Source: Eledone cirrhosa (lineage: Eukaryota). From it: a DNA stretch of 64,000 bases. The notes beneath the pieces are model-generated. The model made no database searches and was not told where the DNA came from. It was given only the letters and a program-made list of their open reading frames with translations. Below are positions 38,172 through 53,174 of this stretch, piece after piece. How positions within the stretch are numbered: the first letter of the stretch is position 1; each line of letters starts with the position of its first letter. The DNA is taken from positions 104,470,001 through 104,534,000 of the forward strand of contig OZ024745.1 of the NCBI GenBank assembly GCA_964016885.1. Reading direction: 5' to 3'. Position numbers and translations under genes: made by a program.

Positions 38172-39849
38172 AATAAATTAATGGAGCCATAGTCTCTCGT
38201 TATTCCCTGTCAATAATGTGCTCAAAGGAAGAGAAATCCTGAGCTCTTTAAAATACAATATGTTGAAAAGGTAACACACTAGAGAGATAGTACGCCATCA
38301 ATAAAACAGGGAAAAACCACCAGTGTATGGAATCTAGAACCTATGAAAGGCAGGGTAGACATAGAATAATTAAAAATATAAATTAAAATGTATATACGCA
38401 GCTCTATAACTATATAACACACATGTACAAATCCAAAGAGTTCTGTTTCTCCAGGAAGTTGTTGACTGAAATGGAATAGCCCATGGTTAATCAGCATGGG
38501 CAAGGCCATATTTTTCAGACAACTCTAAGAGAATCTAAAGCGACCGTCCAGCTACACATGGGAGAGAGATGTCACAGCGTGTTTAGAGCAGTGAACCAGT
38601 GGTATCAGAGGGACGAGCTGCTAGAAAGGGCAGCCCCAAAACCACTCAGAGAAGTGTGCTCAACCAAACAGAGAGAGAGAGGAAAGACTGTTGTAAGGAA
38701 CGAAATATTAATAACGTCCATCTTCCACGCTAGCATGGGTTAGACGGGTTTGTCCCATTTAGAGGCAAGTTGGGTCGAGTGACCATGTCTCATATAGGAC
38801 TGTTTCTGGCTGGTTTTCTACAGCCCTTCCTAGCACCAACTACATTTACAGTATGTCCTGGGTGCTTTTTAACATGTCTTTTACATGACCCCTTTACAGT
38901 GTGGGCTGTGTGCTTTTTGTCATGACACCTACACACACACACACTCATACAATATCCATTATTATTGGAGTGGCTAGTTATGCACCATGTCATCTGTATG
39001 AAAATATGGCTGAACTTGGATTCTTGGAAAAAGAACAAAGCTCCATAATTCAGATGATTCTGGTGTCTGAGGCAATAAAAAATCTGTAAGGCCCTCTTAA
39101 AATGTAAAGGATGAACAGTGATACAAATTTCATCATCATCATCATCATTTTACATCCGCTTTTCCCTGCTTGCAAGGGTGGGACAGAAATAAGTTCATTG
39201 ACAGAAATAACAAGTTCATTCACCTTCCCCTTATTTTTGGTGGTTTCCCTTTACAACTTTGCCAACAAGCAAATAGCCAGTCAAAATAACCTTTAAAGTT
39301 CCAATCAGGAAGAGAAAACACATTCATACACACACACATAAATTTACAACACAGCATTGGAGAAATGTATTCAAAATAGCAGCAGATCTGACTGGGTGTC
39401 TTCTCTTCCTATTGCAAGGGAGAGAAACGAGTGAAGATGTGAAACATATTTTGTTACTTTTTCCTTTTTTTTTGTAAGTACAACAGGCACATATTGAAAT
39501 CATGCAACAAGATCACAACAGAGAGAAAATACAAATATACAGGCTCAATACAGAAATATTATGCTCAAGTTTTTCTAGTTTTCCAAAAGAAAACAGAGAC
39601 ACTCAATGGTGGCTTGTGCTAGGTAAGAAAAAGATTTTCAATGGAAAATATTCAATAACGTTGAAATTTAAATAGGAGAAAGGGCTTTTATTGAAGCAAT
39701 ACATTTTACAACTAGAAGTCTTGCAATGGAAAGCATATGCCCCTTCCACAAGAAGCAAAAGGGCAGATGCTCCAATCTGCTTGGATGAAAACTGGGGCAA
39801 GGCATAATGATCAAGTGATAATAAATAATGGAAGCAATGTGTGTGTGTT

Positions 39850-40262
39850 CACCACTTACGCCTGACCTTTCAGCCCATTTCTAGGTGAGACCACCCACCT
39901 TGTTTGTAACCTTCTTTCAGTTCCTATCCAGGATAGGCCATCGAAACCAGGTGACATGTCCATGACACAACTATACACTGTCAATCTTATCTCAGCTGCC
40001 ATTATCTGTTTTCTGTAACAACCCACCTTTGTTGTAAACTGCAGCAGGCCTATGAGGTAAGCACTAAAGTCTACCATCTTTCTTCCACCACTGTCTCCAA
40101 ACAAATGGGCAAAATACAACAAGGAAATAACACACATCTACTTGGAATGGAACAGCATGCTTCTACAGTGGGATGTTCAAGCCCTAATTGTGGTTTGTTT
40201 ACACATCACACCTCTGCCACCTACGTCCATCAAATGGCTTTCACGTCCCTGTGTCTAAGAGC
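39850..40262 (-). mobile_element. Degenerate LINE (RTE-like) 3' fragment
   Basis: Decayed C-terminal RT-like peptide ending in a GRP..RW-type motif; many lesions. Confidence 0.45.
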
Positions 40263-40771
40263 ATGCATCTTAGTTCTGATAACATAAACTTAATTTTGTT
40301 TTGAAGAATTGGACAACTGCCATTTTCTCTATGAGCACATTGGTCAAAATGCTTTTTCTAATCATTTTTTTTAATCTGTTGATTGGATCCCCTATAATAG
40401 TTCTATATTGCTAATTATTTGTTATATCCTAGCAATTCTACACTTCACTAGTTCACTAATCTGTAGGCTTTAGTACAAAAAACATGTTCAACTTCCAGTG
40501 GCCAGGTCCTGTCTGTGCAGTGTACCATTTAAGTTGATCTTGCAGATTAATAATAAGGATTTCTATATAGACACAAGACTATAAACTTTGAAGGAAGGAA
40601 GTGTCAACTATATTGATCACAGCATTTAATTGGTACTTATTTTATCAACCCTGAAAGCATGAAAGACAAATCAACCTCAGAATATAAATGGATGTAACTA
40701 AATACCGATGGGTATTTTGTCTGCCATTTAGTATTTACAACAACAACAACAGTATAACAAATTATCCTTAC

Positions 40772-40923
40772 TTTGATACTGAAAAAATATGACATGGTGA
40801 AATACCCAAGTGCAATGATTGGTATAAGAGATAATCTGCGTAACATTGGTTTAACTGTTTCAATGTCTTCGGTGTCTGATTCATGAAGCATATCATAATA
40901 TGTACGGTACTTCATATATGGAC
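40772..40923 (-). CDS. MBOAT7: MBOAT7-like exon (152 nt)
   Basis: ttgcAG|GT CCA TAT...ATC AAA|GTaagg; GPYMKYRTYYDMLH...YFFSIK, containing the MBOAT 'GP' motif. Confidence 0.93.
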
Positions 40924-43699
40924 CTGCAAATAATGAGACAGCAATAGTATAAGTACAGCATCAAGTGTTATTAATATAAATCTCAGAATATATTGGAATA
41001 AAAAACTGATTTTGAAAGAATGCCTGTGAAAGGGGAATTGTGGAGTTGAAGCATTGCCCAGTTGTGTTGTTATTTAGCCCTAGGTCAGTCCTGATCCAGC
41101 AGACCTTATTTATGATCAATGGCATTTCAACTGTGACCATTCCGTCTATTTTTGACCAGATATAGTGGATTACCCTATTCAATGAGTATGTCCCTTTCTT
41201 AATACATTAGAGAGTGAAATGATAGAACAACTCTGAAGAGATTTACTCATTGACTCAGAGTTAATGAAGTTAGTGAAATGAAATCAAGAAGTACCAATTA
41301 AGAACTGAAATCTGAGTTTGCAAAGAACTTGCTGTTGCTTTCACAACACCTGAGAATAGTCAATCCAATTGAAATGTCAGGGAAGTTGCTCAAATAAGTT
41401 AATACATTTATATATTTGAGAATAACAGGGAAAGATGTGAGATTAAAGAAAGAAGTAAAATGCCAGGTCGCAACAATTTAGCAAAATTAGATTTTGTTTA
41501 GAATAATATAAAAATTTCAATAACAACAAAAATTTGGTTTTTAAAAGAAACAGTAATTACAACTGTAGTTTATGGGTACACATCGGGAACATTTTATATT
41601 GAAAGTGAGACAAAAGATCATGGCTTTTTAAATGAAATGTTTTAGAAAAATGTTTCATATTCAACAGAGAGAACATAGAACTAACAAGAGTGTTAATAAA
41701 GTAATTGTTGGGAAGACTGCAAACGATAAAACTCTTCTGTCAAATGTCGAAAGACAAAAAAAAATTGAAGTGATTTAGTCATATAACATAACAATAAGAT
41801 GATGGAGCAACAGCAAGGAATGGACTGAGAGGAAGTTGGAAGGAAACAAGAAGTTGGCTGATTGTTGGGAAAGATAGAGGGAGGTGGTTACATGTCTTGC
41901 TGTACACCTATGGCATTTCTAGACTATGGATTTTCATTGATTGAAATCCATATAATATGAGCTGAAAATTATAGATAAAGCACTTAGATAATGAATGCCT
42001 ACTTTATTGATTTTTGTGTAAATAAGATACTGTTTTGAGAAGAAAATAAAATAATTTTAAAAAAATATGATTTTGTACATGATATACAGTAGATCCAAAT
42101 ATATATATACATTTTTCTTTTATACTGATTTTGATACATCTTGATACTATTCTTAGTAAAGTATTCTGACATCAAATATTTTGGGAGATTAATGAATAAT
42201 TTAGCATAATTAATAATAGAGGTACAACTTTGTCCTTGAGATAACCAAAGTCAAACAAGAATGACAATAGGTGACCCTGGTGAATGAAATGGGAAATAAA
42301 ATTCATTAACTATTCACTAGTTTGACAAATATACCCAGCTATTGGTAGTGACATCATCACTGAAACAACATTGAATTCAAGAAACTGTTTTCTTTAATTA
42401 AAGTTTGTATTCAAAGAATTCTAACTGACTATTTATTTGCTCTTATAGTATCTATTATTGATTTAAGCTGAAGTAGAATTTCATCAAATTATAAACCTAG
42501 TTCAAAAACTTAAATCATTGTTGATGCATTAGTAATACCTTAGAGAGTATGTGTTTGTTCTGACTCAGCTACAGAATTATTACTTTATAAATATGTAATA
42601 TATATCTATATATGTTATCTTTTTCATGCTGGCATAGGTTGGTTAGGTCATCATGTTCTTATTTGGAGTTACTAATTTTCTAAATGGGTAGCCTGCAATG
42701 TGATTTCTAGAGTCCATGTCTCACCAATTTTGGCATGGTTTCTGCAGATGTCCTTCCTATCACCAACCACTTCAAGGAGCACACTGAATGCATTTTATCA
42801 TGCTACTAGCACAAGAAAAGGTTGTCCTATGCAAGAAATGATAAACAGTCCCCTTTATATAGTATCAGTTTTTATTTAAAACCACTGTCCTCCTAGATGA
42901 ACAACCTGCAATGCAGATTGTGCAGTCTCTCTTGTTTGACACAAGGAAGCAAATTTTGGGGAGAGGTGTAGGTAATCTAATTGACCAAAGCATTTAATTA
43001 GGATATATTGCATGAATCCTGAATAGATGAAAAGCTAAGTCAAACCCAGAGATTTTTTAACAAAATTCCCCAAGGAATTCCATCCAGTGCTCTACTAATT
43101 CTGCTGATTCATCGCCTTTTTATAAATATATGTGTAGGCATAACTGTGGTTAGCTATTTTGCAACCATGCAGTTCAGGATTTGATCGCATAGTGAAACAC
43201 TTTATGTAACTATAGCCTCAAGTTGACAAATATCTTGTGCGTGGAAAGAAACTATACACAAGTCTATGTATGTATGTGTATATATATTGAGGAAAAGTAA
43301 GATTACTCGAGGATTTATTTCCCACATGGTTTTATTTATTGGAGCCATATCACTTTAAGAGTGGAGAAGATATCTTAAGAAAGTTACTAATGTACTTTAC
43401 GAACCTGAGATCAAATTTTTGCTTAAAATCTTAAAGCTTCGGAGTTAAAAGTTGTTAAAATCAGATCATTGCTGAATAAAGACAATACACAAAAGTGTGG
43501 GTCTGTATAAAATCAACATTTCGCACCACGTTTCTAAACATATAAGGTTCCTTGTGCTAAATAGACAAAACAAAAATGAGCAAATAGGAGGAAAACCACC
43601 AACAAAATGAGTAAAACAACAATCAGACAAGCATAGTAAAAGATGGTGTATTAAATCTAGTAATTAAGTTCTACAGCTTCTACATTATGTTTGATATAG

Positions 43700-44660
43700 T
43701 CTTCTTCTTTGCTCACCTATTCCGGGGAGGATCACGGGAGCAGAGTCCTTAAGCATACCTTCCAGTGCGCCCTGTCAGGAGCAAATGTCTCCTATTCATC
43801 TAGTCTGAATCACCAAATGAGACTAGCTGAGCTTATGGATGTTATCAAACCATTTTGTTGGAGCTCTACCCTAGGGTCTCCTGCTGGTTGGTTTTGCTCA
43901 TGAAATCTATCAAGTAATTCTTTCCTGAGAGATTCTGACCACATGTCTGTAGTATTGGAGCTGTGATCTCTCAATTCAGAAAAGTAGTAGCTCTACCTGG
44001 AGTGACTTACTGATCTCAAACTATGCACTCTATTGAGTAATGTTACTCCAAAACCCCCTCGGAGGAACTCTAGTTTGGCCACTTGTATTCGTGATCACAT
44101 TCTTTTAGTCATTACCCAAGATTCATGACCATAGGTAAGGGTTGGTATGAATACCAAATTGAAGGTAGCAAATTTGACTTTTACACCTATCCCCTTTCTT
44201 CTGATAACTGAATGCTAAGCTGGCACATTGTAGCAACTCCTGTAGTTCTTGCACTTAATTCAGCTTCATGCCTTCCACCACTTGTGAACACAGCTCTGAG
44301 ATACTTGAATTTCTCCACCTGCTTCAGTTTAACTCCCCTCACAAGCTTCCTTGAGAGGATGAGCGTTTCAGTCTTTGTAGCACTAATTTTCATTCCTGCC
44401 ATGCAGCACACAGCAGAAAACCTATCACCTTCTGAACATTCCAGCTGACTAATCTTACACCCACCAGTCTTGATACCACTTCCAACCTTGCTGTGCATGT
44501 CAATCCTGTCCACAATGATTATGAACAGAAGAGGTGACAGTACACACTCTTGAGCACTTTCGATTTAGCACTATTTTCCCAAACAAATAAATAGACATTT
44601 GTATAGAGACAAGAAGCTATCCCCAGATCCCATACTCCAACAGAACCTTCCACAATTCTA
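43700..44660 (-). mobile_element. Degenerate RTE-type LINE 3' fragment
   Basis: GMKISATKTETLIL...LKQVEKFKYLRAVFTSGGRHEAELSAR; (GAA)n end near 43700. Confidence 0.75.
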
Positions 44661-44979
44661 TATCTGAAAAGATTAATTGCTTTTTCTTCCCCCTTTTCTT
44701 TTTTCCTTATGATATATCTTGTCTAGAAAGAATGCTATATTTTCTTAAAATCACTTAAAACTATATCAACTAATTTTTGCTGTTGTAGACCACAACTAGT
44801 TTCTGCAAATGCTGGAATTTATTTACAAAGAAACAACAACCACACTGAGTGAACTTGCATTCAATTTCAGTCTTGCTGAATCTAACAAGAAATATTCTTC
44901 TCGGTAATAGAAGCAGATGACATTTTAAATTTTACCATGTGTTGTCATATCAACAGATCAATAGAAGATAAACTCGTAC

Positions 44980-45130
44980 CTGCCAGCAGACCCATGTAAC
45001 AATAGGCATAGCTGAAGATGTCTGTCACACCGGGGTTGACATTCTGATAAAGCTTCAATAATTTGTTATTAATTTCTCCCTGTCTTGGTGGATACTTTGT
45101 ATCATGAATTTCAAATGCAAGGCCAATCAT
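44980..45130 (-). CDS. MBOAT7: MBOAT7-like exon (151 nt)
   Basis: tttcAG|ATG ATT GGC...GCA G|GTacga; MIGLAFEIHDTKY...DIFSYAYCYMGLLAG. Phases 0/1 fit the neighbouring exons. Confidence 0.93.
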
Positions 45131-45157
45131 CTGAAATTTAGATTAAAATGAAAATGT

Positions 45158-45204
<47 letters not shown>

Positions 45205-48200
45205 AAAAAATTACAGATGTACAATTTTTTTTCTACTTTTATTTGGGTGGAAAGTTTGGCATGGCACCCAGAAACCTGTAAAAGCCATGGCCACTATCCC
45301 TCTTCCGATTAATTTATAAAATATTTTAAAAAGGCAAGTTAAATATACAGATACACAAAACATATAAAAACACGTGGCAAATGTATAGATTGTGCATAAC
45401 ATTTTCTCCAGATGAATCAGAATACATTTTGTAAATTACTCAGTTATTTTATACTATATTTTACACACTACTCTTTTATCCATTTTCTTTTTTGTTTGAT
45501 ATGGAATGTTTTTTTTTCTAATATTTAGTCTGAGAGTGGGTGAGGAGAGCCATAACCTTTGTTGGCTGTCTGTAGCAAAAAATATGAGTAGAGATGAAAG
45601 GATTAACTGAAGTGTTTAGCATAGGTTTTGGAGAATGAGACTGGGTAAGGATTATGAGAGGAAGAGATGAAGAGTGTACCATAGAGATGGAATTAAAATG
45701 TTAAGCAATGTGCTAGATCAGAAAAGCAGGGACAGTTGTTGTAGAAGAGATGGAATATATGGCTCACTGGTGTGTTAATGGTTGTAGCTTATTGGTGAGT
45801 GGGGTTGGTGTCTGCCTATCAGTTGAAAGATTTTATTTGGGATGTGATCTAGAAAATTTGCATTCATGTATATGTATGTGAGCATAGTAGCTGCTCTGTC
45901 CAAGACATGTGATCAATATTGTATGGGGACCACGCAATCCAGATGTTCTCAAGTTCTCAGAAGCATTGATGCTTGGCAAAAAGTGTCAAAGTTGAATGTG
46001 GATGATGCCTGATGATACACACTGTGATGAAGTGGCTTGACAGGAAACTTCTGAGACAAGAAATGACTGCGACCCATTTGTGACTAACTTTCATTACTAT
46101 ATTTCTAATGAAAGACGCAGCCTATGATTTTCACAAAATATGAAAATAATCAAGAATTTGGAAGGATTTAGTAATATAACTAAATTTCTAATTATTAAAC
46201 TAGTGTTTGGGGCAAGTTTTGATAGAAACACTTTAAAATAAACAGTTTTACTTTGTAGAACCAGGGCAGCTTTAGACAGTTTGGCACAAAAAGAGTTAAT
46301 AGAATATTCATGGTTGTTTTCATCACTAATGAAATGTTGGAAATGAGAGTAAATGGGAGTTGGTTTCAATTGCCAAAAATTATTGTTAATGGTAATGACT
46401 TTTTCTTTTGATAATGGGTGTAATTTTAATTGTTTAAACATTTTTAGGGTTCAGTACATTAAGTATGTAAGATCCCATATGTTATTCATGCAGAAAGCAT
46501 GCCTGGAATTTTTCCATTCTGAATTTGCTGAATCAGTGAATCCTATTTTTCATTCAAAACCTATACCTTCTCTCAGTGTTTTAAAGGTTGGGTAAGTACA
46601 GCGAAGAATGCTTCACTAAGAAGCTCCAATAAGAACAAAACATATCTTTCACTAAGGAGCTCTAATAAGAGCAAAACATATCCAGAGTTGTCATCATACA
46701 TACCAAAGATCAGACTCACTCTCCATTGCAAGTTCCCATTCAGTTTTTAATTAATTTGACTCCATTGAAAAGAATTATCATTAATGTTAATAATTTTTCT
46801 TTTCATTATGAGTATAAATATCAAAAGTGCTCATAAACTTAAATATACATCATCATCATCATTTCATCATTTCATTTTACGTCCGCTTTTTCCCTGCTTG
46901 CAAGGGTGGGACGGGAACTGATTCTGGCTTGATTTCTACAGCTGGATGCCCTTCCTAACACCAACCTCATTTACAGTGAGTGCTGGGTGCTTTTTTGCCG
47001 TGGCACCTACACGTCCACTTTGCAGTGGAGTGATATGGACCCCAGTCCCTATCATCTCATTTCTACAGCTGAGTAAATATAATAATAACTGCTACTATTG
47101 GGACATACACAGTTAGAAAATGTGTTGCAGAAATACTCAGTTGTGTCACCCACAACTATACAGTTGTTGTCTTGAACTCTCCCATTGTTTCTCATTAAGC
47201 AGCATTTACTCAGTCCCAACACATTATCTCTGGATAGCGTTGTTGTTGTTGTTGTTTAGCTCTAGATCAACCCTGCATTCAATGGCATTTCAGCTATAAC
47301 CAGCCCATATTTTGTACATCTATTACTACATTGTCACGTGTCCTTTGTTTTTGATAAAGATTAAAGATGAAAGGGTGTGATTTAAGGGAATTTGGCTGCT
47401 ATTTCTAGCAGATTAAATCTCTGTGTTGAGACTTTTTCATTAGCTCTTATGCACAACATTGCCTCTCTTTATGGGTGTTTTAGTTAGTCTTAGTACTGTG
47501 TTTTGTAATCAGCTGATTATCATCAACACTTTTGAAGCTGTTGTTATAAGAGCATCTAGGTGGTCTACTCTATCTAGGTGATTTCAGTACTTTTTCAGTT
47601 ATATTTTGAAGATATTTCAATATATGGCACATGGTTACAGCATGTATTTCCATAGATATGCTGCAGGGTGCCTGTTTGGAAATTCTCTAAAATGTTGACA
47701 TGGTGAGTGTAGTAGGTTGGTTCAGTTTGGTAGCTAAACAACCTTAGTGTAGACACGAATATATTTATTTATTCATAAGCATTTCCAAAGGTAGGTGACG
47801 GACAATTTTTAGTTGATCTTTTTGGCACTCATTTCCATTAGTACAAACAGGGATGGTTTAAAAAAACACTACATAGTCACAATGAGATCTTCTAAAAGGA
47901 TGCTACATCCCGTTACAACAGTTTGAAACCAAGAAATACAGGATCCAATTTGAAGTTTCCAAATTCATTTCAGCTTGCCTCTCTTTGCTGACATCCACCC
48001 AACCTTCTGTGTTGTTTTTTTTAGTGAGAGAAGAAACAAAGTATTGAACAATATTATTATGCTATACATGCACACATACCCTCATAACTGTGATATTATT
48101 GAAAAAATGAATAAGAGAAAAAGAAACTTTATACTATTAAGGTAACACAAAGAAGTCAAAGTATAAAAAAATCATAAATCTTGGAAATGATGAGATGTCA

Positions 48201-50228
48201 ATATGCATATTTCATTGAGTATAGAGTATTAGACTATTGTAAAGAAAACAAAAGAGATGTCTATCCTATGACCTCCAATGTAAAGCTAGAGATCAATAAA
48301 CCTGATTTCTAACAGATATTTTACACAATTTCAACTTTGATTGAAAGCTAAAAATTTGATAGCAACTAAGTAGTTTTTAAAAATATTTTGAGGTTTCTTA
48401 ACATCTTTATATGCTTTCCCAGTATTAATTTCCATTGAATGGGTTTGCAAATCAGTCATGAAGAATTATCAAGAAATTGTTCTTACCACTAAATGACCTT
48501 CCTCAACCATGAAATTGAGATGATTTTATGTTTTGACAGTGCAATTCAATCTGAAAATTGAGACGTATTTCAACCATCAAATCAATTATACATCTCACTA
48601 GTAGTTTTATAACAGAGTATAATGAGAGAAAGTATGTGGATGCTTGACATGCTAGAAATAGCAAATATGTCTCCCTGAAATCAAATCCCACTGTCTTAAA
48701 TAAGAAAAAATACATTGGAATTATAGATATCCTTAAAAAGATGGAGTGGTCATAGCTAAAATGCCTTTGATCAAAGTTTTGCTCAATATTTATTTGAAAA
48801 TTATCGGTAGTGTCTTTCATTAGAAATATGGTTATGAAAAGAGTGGTGTTACAAATTGTTAGCATGGGTGATTGAGGATGATAGGCTAACCCATGCTTTG
48901 GTAACTATAGCCATATATGCCCAGTTGTCCTATTATATTTAGTTGGTTTGTATACTAACATATATGATAAATATAATAGTAATGACATGAACAAATCAGA
49001 TCAAGAGGGTTACAAGGAAGAAAACTATCTGAAATGATATAATAAAAAAACATATTCAATGACGATGCACAGAAGAGGGTATTATTATTATATATATATT
49101 TTTTTCATTTTGTTTGTAAAAATTAAATTGAAATGAAATATATCAGATTTTGACAACAATTCGATTTTATTAAATAATATCGCCAGTATAATCATTGAGA
49201 ATTTTGTCAGTTTTATATGCCCATTTTTCTTGCTTTCTCTCTCTCTCATCCACACACATGGCTTTTGATAGTTTTGACTTTACTAAATTATGTATAGAAT
49301 TCGACAGACAGTCTAAATTGTCATCATTTAATATCCATTTGCTCATTCTGCCATGAATTACACAGGTCTACAAAACAACACATCTGGTGCCATCTCATCA
49401 TCATCATCATTGTTTAACATCCACTTTCCATGCTAGCATGGGTTAGATGGGTTGTCCCATTTGAGGCAAGTTGGGTCAGATGACCATGTCTTGCTCATAC
49501 AGAACTGTTTCTGGCTTGGTTTCTACACCTACCTCCCTTTTGATGATGAAGTGCTGAAGTTAAAGCATTACTACACCAGCTCCTGCATTTCTTGCACTAA
49601 ATCAGCCTCCTGCCTTCCATCATTCATGAAAACTGCACCAAGATCCTCAAACTTCTCCACATGCTTCAACTCATCAAGGGTCACTTTCCAGATATTGCTA
49701 GATTCATGTGATTTCCATTACTTCTTAAATACTACCTAAGATGGAGGTGTATGTGTGAAGAAACAGAAAAAATATTGCTAGTTGAATTATCTCTTGAAAT
49801 AAAAGAAGTATCTAATGAAACTAACCCTTTAGTGGAGTTTCACCAAATTCTCTCTACCATACAAGCACTAACACAGAGTAAATAGCATTTAGCCCTTTTG
49901 ATATCAACCTAGACCCCAACCACATCTGGTCTATAAAACAAAACCACCTCAAGTTCTGTGAAGCAAAATCACCAATTTTTTAAAAGTTGCTATTTAAGTT
50001 AAACTTTCCAACATAATTTGATATAAGAACCTTTTAAATTATGTTGTTATAAATATCACCTTAATAACGAAATATTTAATAATTTTATTAAATCTCTCCT
50101 AAATTCTCCAAAAATTAAATGAAACACAGTCTATGTTATTAGAAATAAGGTTAAAGATATTTTGCTTGTGATGGGGACAAATATATGATATTTTAATGCT
50201 ATGAATAAGGATGATGAAAATAGCAAAA

Positions 50229-50299
<71 letters not shown>

Positions 50300-50886
50300 A
50301 TTTCAAAAAAAATAATAAATGATATTTAGAGCAGAAATGGACCAAAAATGATGACTTACAATGAATAGTTCAGGTTATTGACTAAAAACAGATTTGCTTT
50401 TCATCCTTCCAGTATTGGGAGATCAACTATTCCTTCGAACCTCCATATCAATAGAGCTTATCTCTGGTTTAAGGTACCTCTAATAACTGAAATCCATTAA
50501 TATTTCTAAGCATGTAAGTAAATAATAGTAGCATAGGCATTAAAATATCTGATTGCAAATATTCTAGATTTCTAATTTGTTGCCATAGCCATTCTATTTT
50601 AGGTAATTAGTCTAGATAGAGCACAAAGTTACTTCAGTCAACCCTGTTCGTACGCTTGTTTTTAAAGAAGATTAATTAGCATTGCCATTCACATTTAATT
50701 GTAAAATAATCAAGATCATAATCACCAGCCTTATCTTTAGAGTGTATATTTACATTATTAAAACCTACATCATATTTTAGTGTCTGATTGACATTTGCTA
50801 TCTTATTTTGGGATATGTACATGACCTCTAATTTAATTCAAACTAGGACCTTGATATTTAATCCAATGGTACTTGATAGTACCGTG

Positions 50887-51210
50887 TAGGCGCATGGCTT
50901 TGTGGATAGGATATTCAGCTCACAATCATAAGGTCATGAGTTCGATTCCCGACGGCGTGTTGCGTCCTTGAGCAAGACACTTTATTTTGCGTTGCTCCAT
51001 TCCACTCGGTTGGCAAAAATGTGTAGTAGCTGTGATTCGAAGGGTCAGCCTTGTCACATTCTATATCACGCTGAATCTCCCTGAGAATTACGTTAAGGTT
51101 GTGCGTGTTTGTGGACTGCCCAGTCACTTGCACATTAATTTAATGAAGAGGCTGTTCCATTGATCGGATCAACTGGAACACTCGCTGTCGTAACCGACGG
51201 AGTGTCATCA
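50887..51210 (+). mobile_element. tRNA-derived SINE, family B-like head with a different 3' body
   Basis: TGGCTTTGTGGATAG / GAGTTCGATTCCC boxes and TCCTTGAGCAAGACAC core; 3' half unlike the RTE tail. Confidence 0.75.
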
Positions 51211-52240
51211 CTTGATAATCTATAAAGAAAATGTATGTGTGAGTGTGTGTATGTGTGGGAACTTACACAAATTCATCATCATCAGCAGCAACATTATCAT
51301 ACTGTGCATTTTACAGTGTTACTTTTTTTGTAGAGAGTGTGTATATTTTTAGCTGTAGGTTGTTTTCAAGAGTATTTATTTTTAATATATAGTTAGTATA
51401 TATTGTGGTTGTGAAGAGAGACAATTTTTCATGGAGACTATGGAAGACTGGTGAAAGGTGTCAATATATGTGTGGAAGAAGTTAATATTCTTAAGATTAA
51501 AAATAAGTAAAAGTCAATATAATCTGTATAGAAATGTACAACAAATGACTGCATATAAAAGTGCAGACAATATAGCAGATAGATGAGAGTATATAAGGGA
51601 GGATGATAAAGAAAAAAGTTGCGTCCGTTATATTATAACATTTATTACATCGCTTATATAAACATTCATATATTTGCATTGTTATATAAGGTTTATATTT
51701 CCATCGCTAATTTTCTCCTAATGCAGTTTGTATATAATATCATCACTTTTAAATGTATCATGGATTACTTTACTGATTACAGAAGAGAGTGTAACACAGT
51801 CTCTCTTCAATTTCTGTGCATATTCTCAATTACGATTTTATTTGACGTATCATATCTAAATGCATATATATTTGCGTATAATATCAATATGCACAGTACA
51901 CATATACTAGCAGAAAACCACCCGAAGGGGGCTTTTTCCTCTAGTATATATAATAAACAAAAGACAATTACTTTAGACAATCCCAAGTAACTGTCCTTCG
52001 TTTATTATAATTATAATAAAACTCCAGATAAACATATACCATTGAGTGTTTGATATCTGTTATATAAAAGTCAGCTGATTCTAAATCAACTAACTCTTTT
52101 TCATTGAACATATATATATATATATATATAAGTATGGTACCAGGTAAAACTAGGCAGGAAGAAGTGATCAGAAGGAGAAATTTGTTGTAGTCGTCTTGGT
52201 GAATATCTTAGGGACGGAGAATATCTTGGTCTGGGGTTCA

Positions 52241-52321
<81 letters not shown>

Positions 52322-53174
52322 ATTATATATATATATAAGTATGTATACGTACATACATATATGTATACAGACGTACAGTAGTATGTATATATATACATAC
52401 ATGCACACATATATATATGCACGTATCGGTTTACCGAACATTTATTATAATGCTCGGTTTGTTTGTTTGTAAACAAACAAACAGCCCGAATTACGCCGTA
52501 CAGTGTTTAGGCAACCATGTCACCTTTTTGTTCAACACTGACACAGGAACGATGTACTAGTTTCAAGCTTATTAGCTATTGTCAGCATCGTATACCTTCC
52601 TGCCAGATGGTTGAACATCTGAAAGTATATACTTTCGTTATGCATATTAACGGCTGAGCAGCCTAATTTGCATATCGAGTGAGTTCAGTCGGCCGGTGTG
52701 CCCGGCCAACTGAACTAGCAGAGCAGTGTTTTCCAGCTAGAATACACTACTAATGATTGCAAGTTCAGACTCTACTAAGCTCATTGAATTGTGTCATTTC
52801 CACACCACAAAAAAAAAGGAAAGCATATTATTTATCTTCCTTTACCATCTTACTTCACAACTGAATGGTTAGCAACAGGAAGGATGCTGAAGTGTATGAA
52901 AAATAGCTTCAACAATATATATTCATATATACACAATTCCAATCCACCCAATTGTTTGGTGCGATACAAAGATACATAGAGGGAGCCTCTAGTTGACTTG
53001 CAAGAAATAGCAGCCAAATCTTACTCAAAACATACCCCCATCATCATACATTGGACAATTATAGCTAAAGTACCTTTGCTCAAAGATCTGTACAAAGCAA
53101 CCTAACTTGTAGAGTCAAATGTCATTATCATGATCACCATGCCAAACAAAGGATCAGAAAAACCCTTTAGTTGT

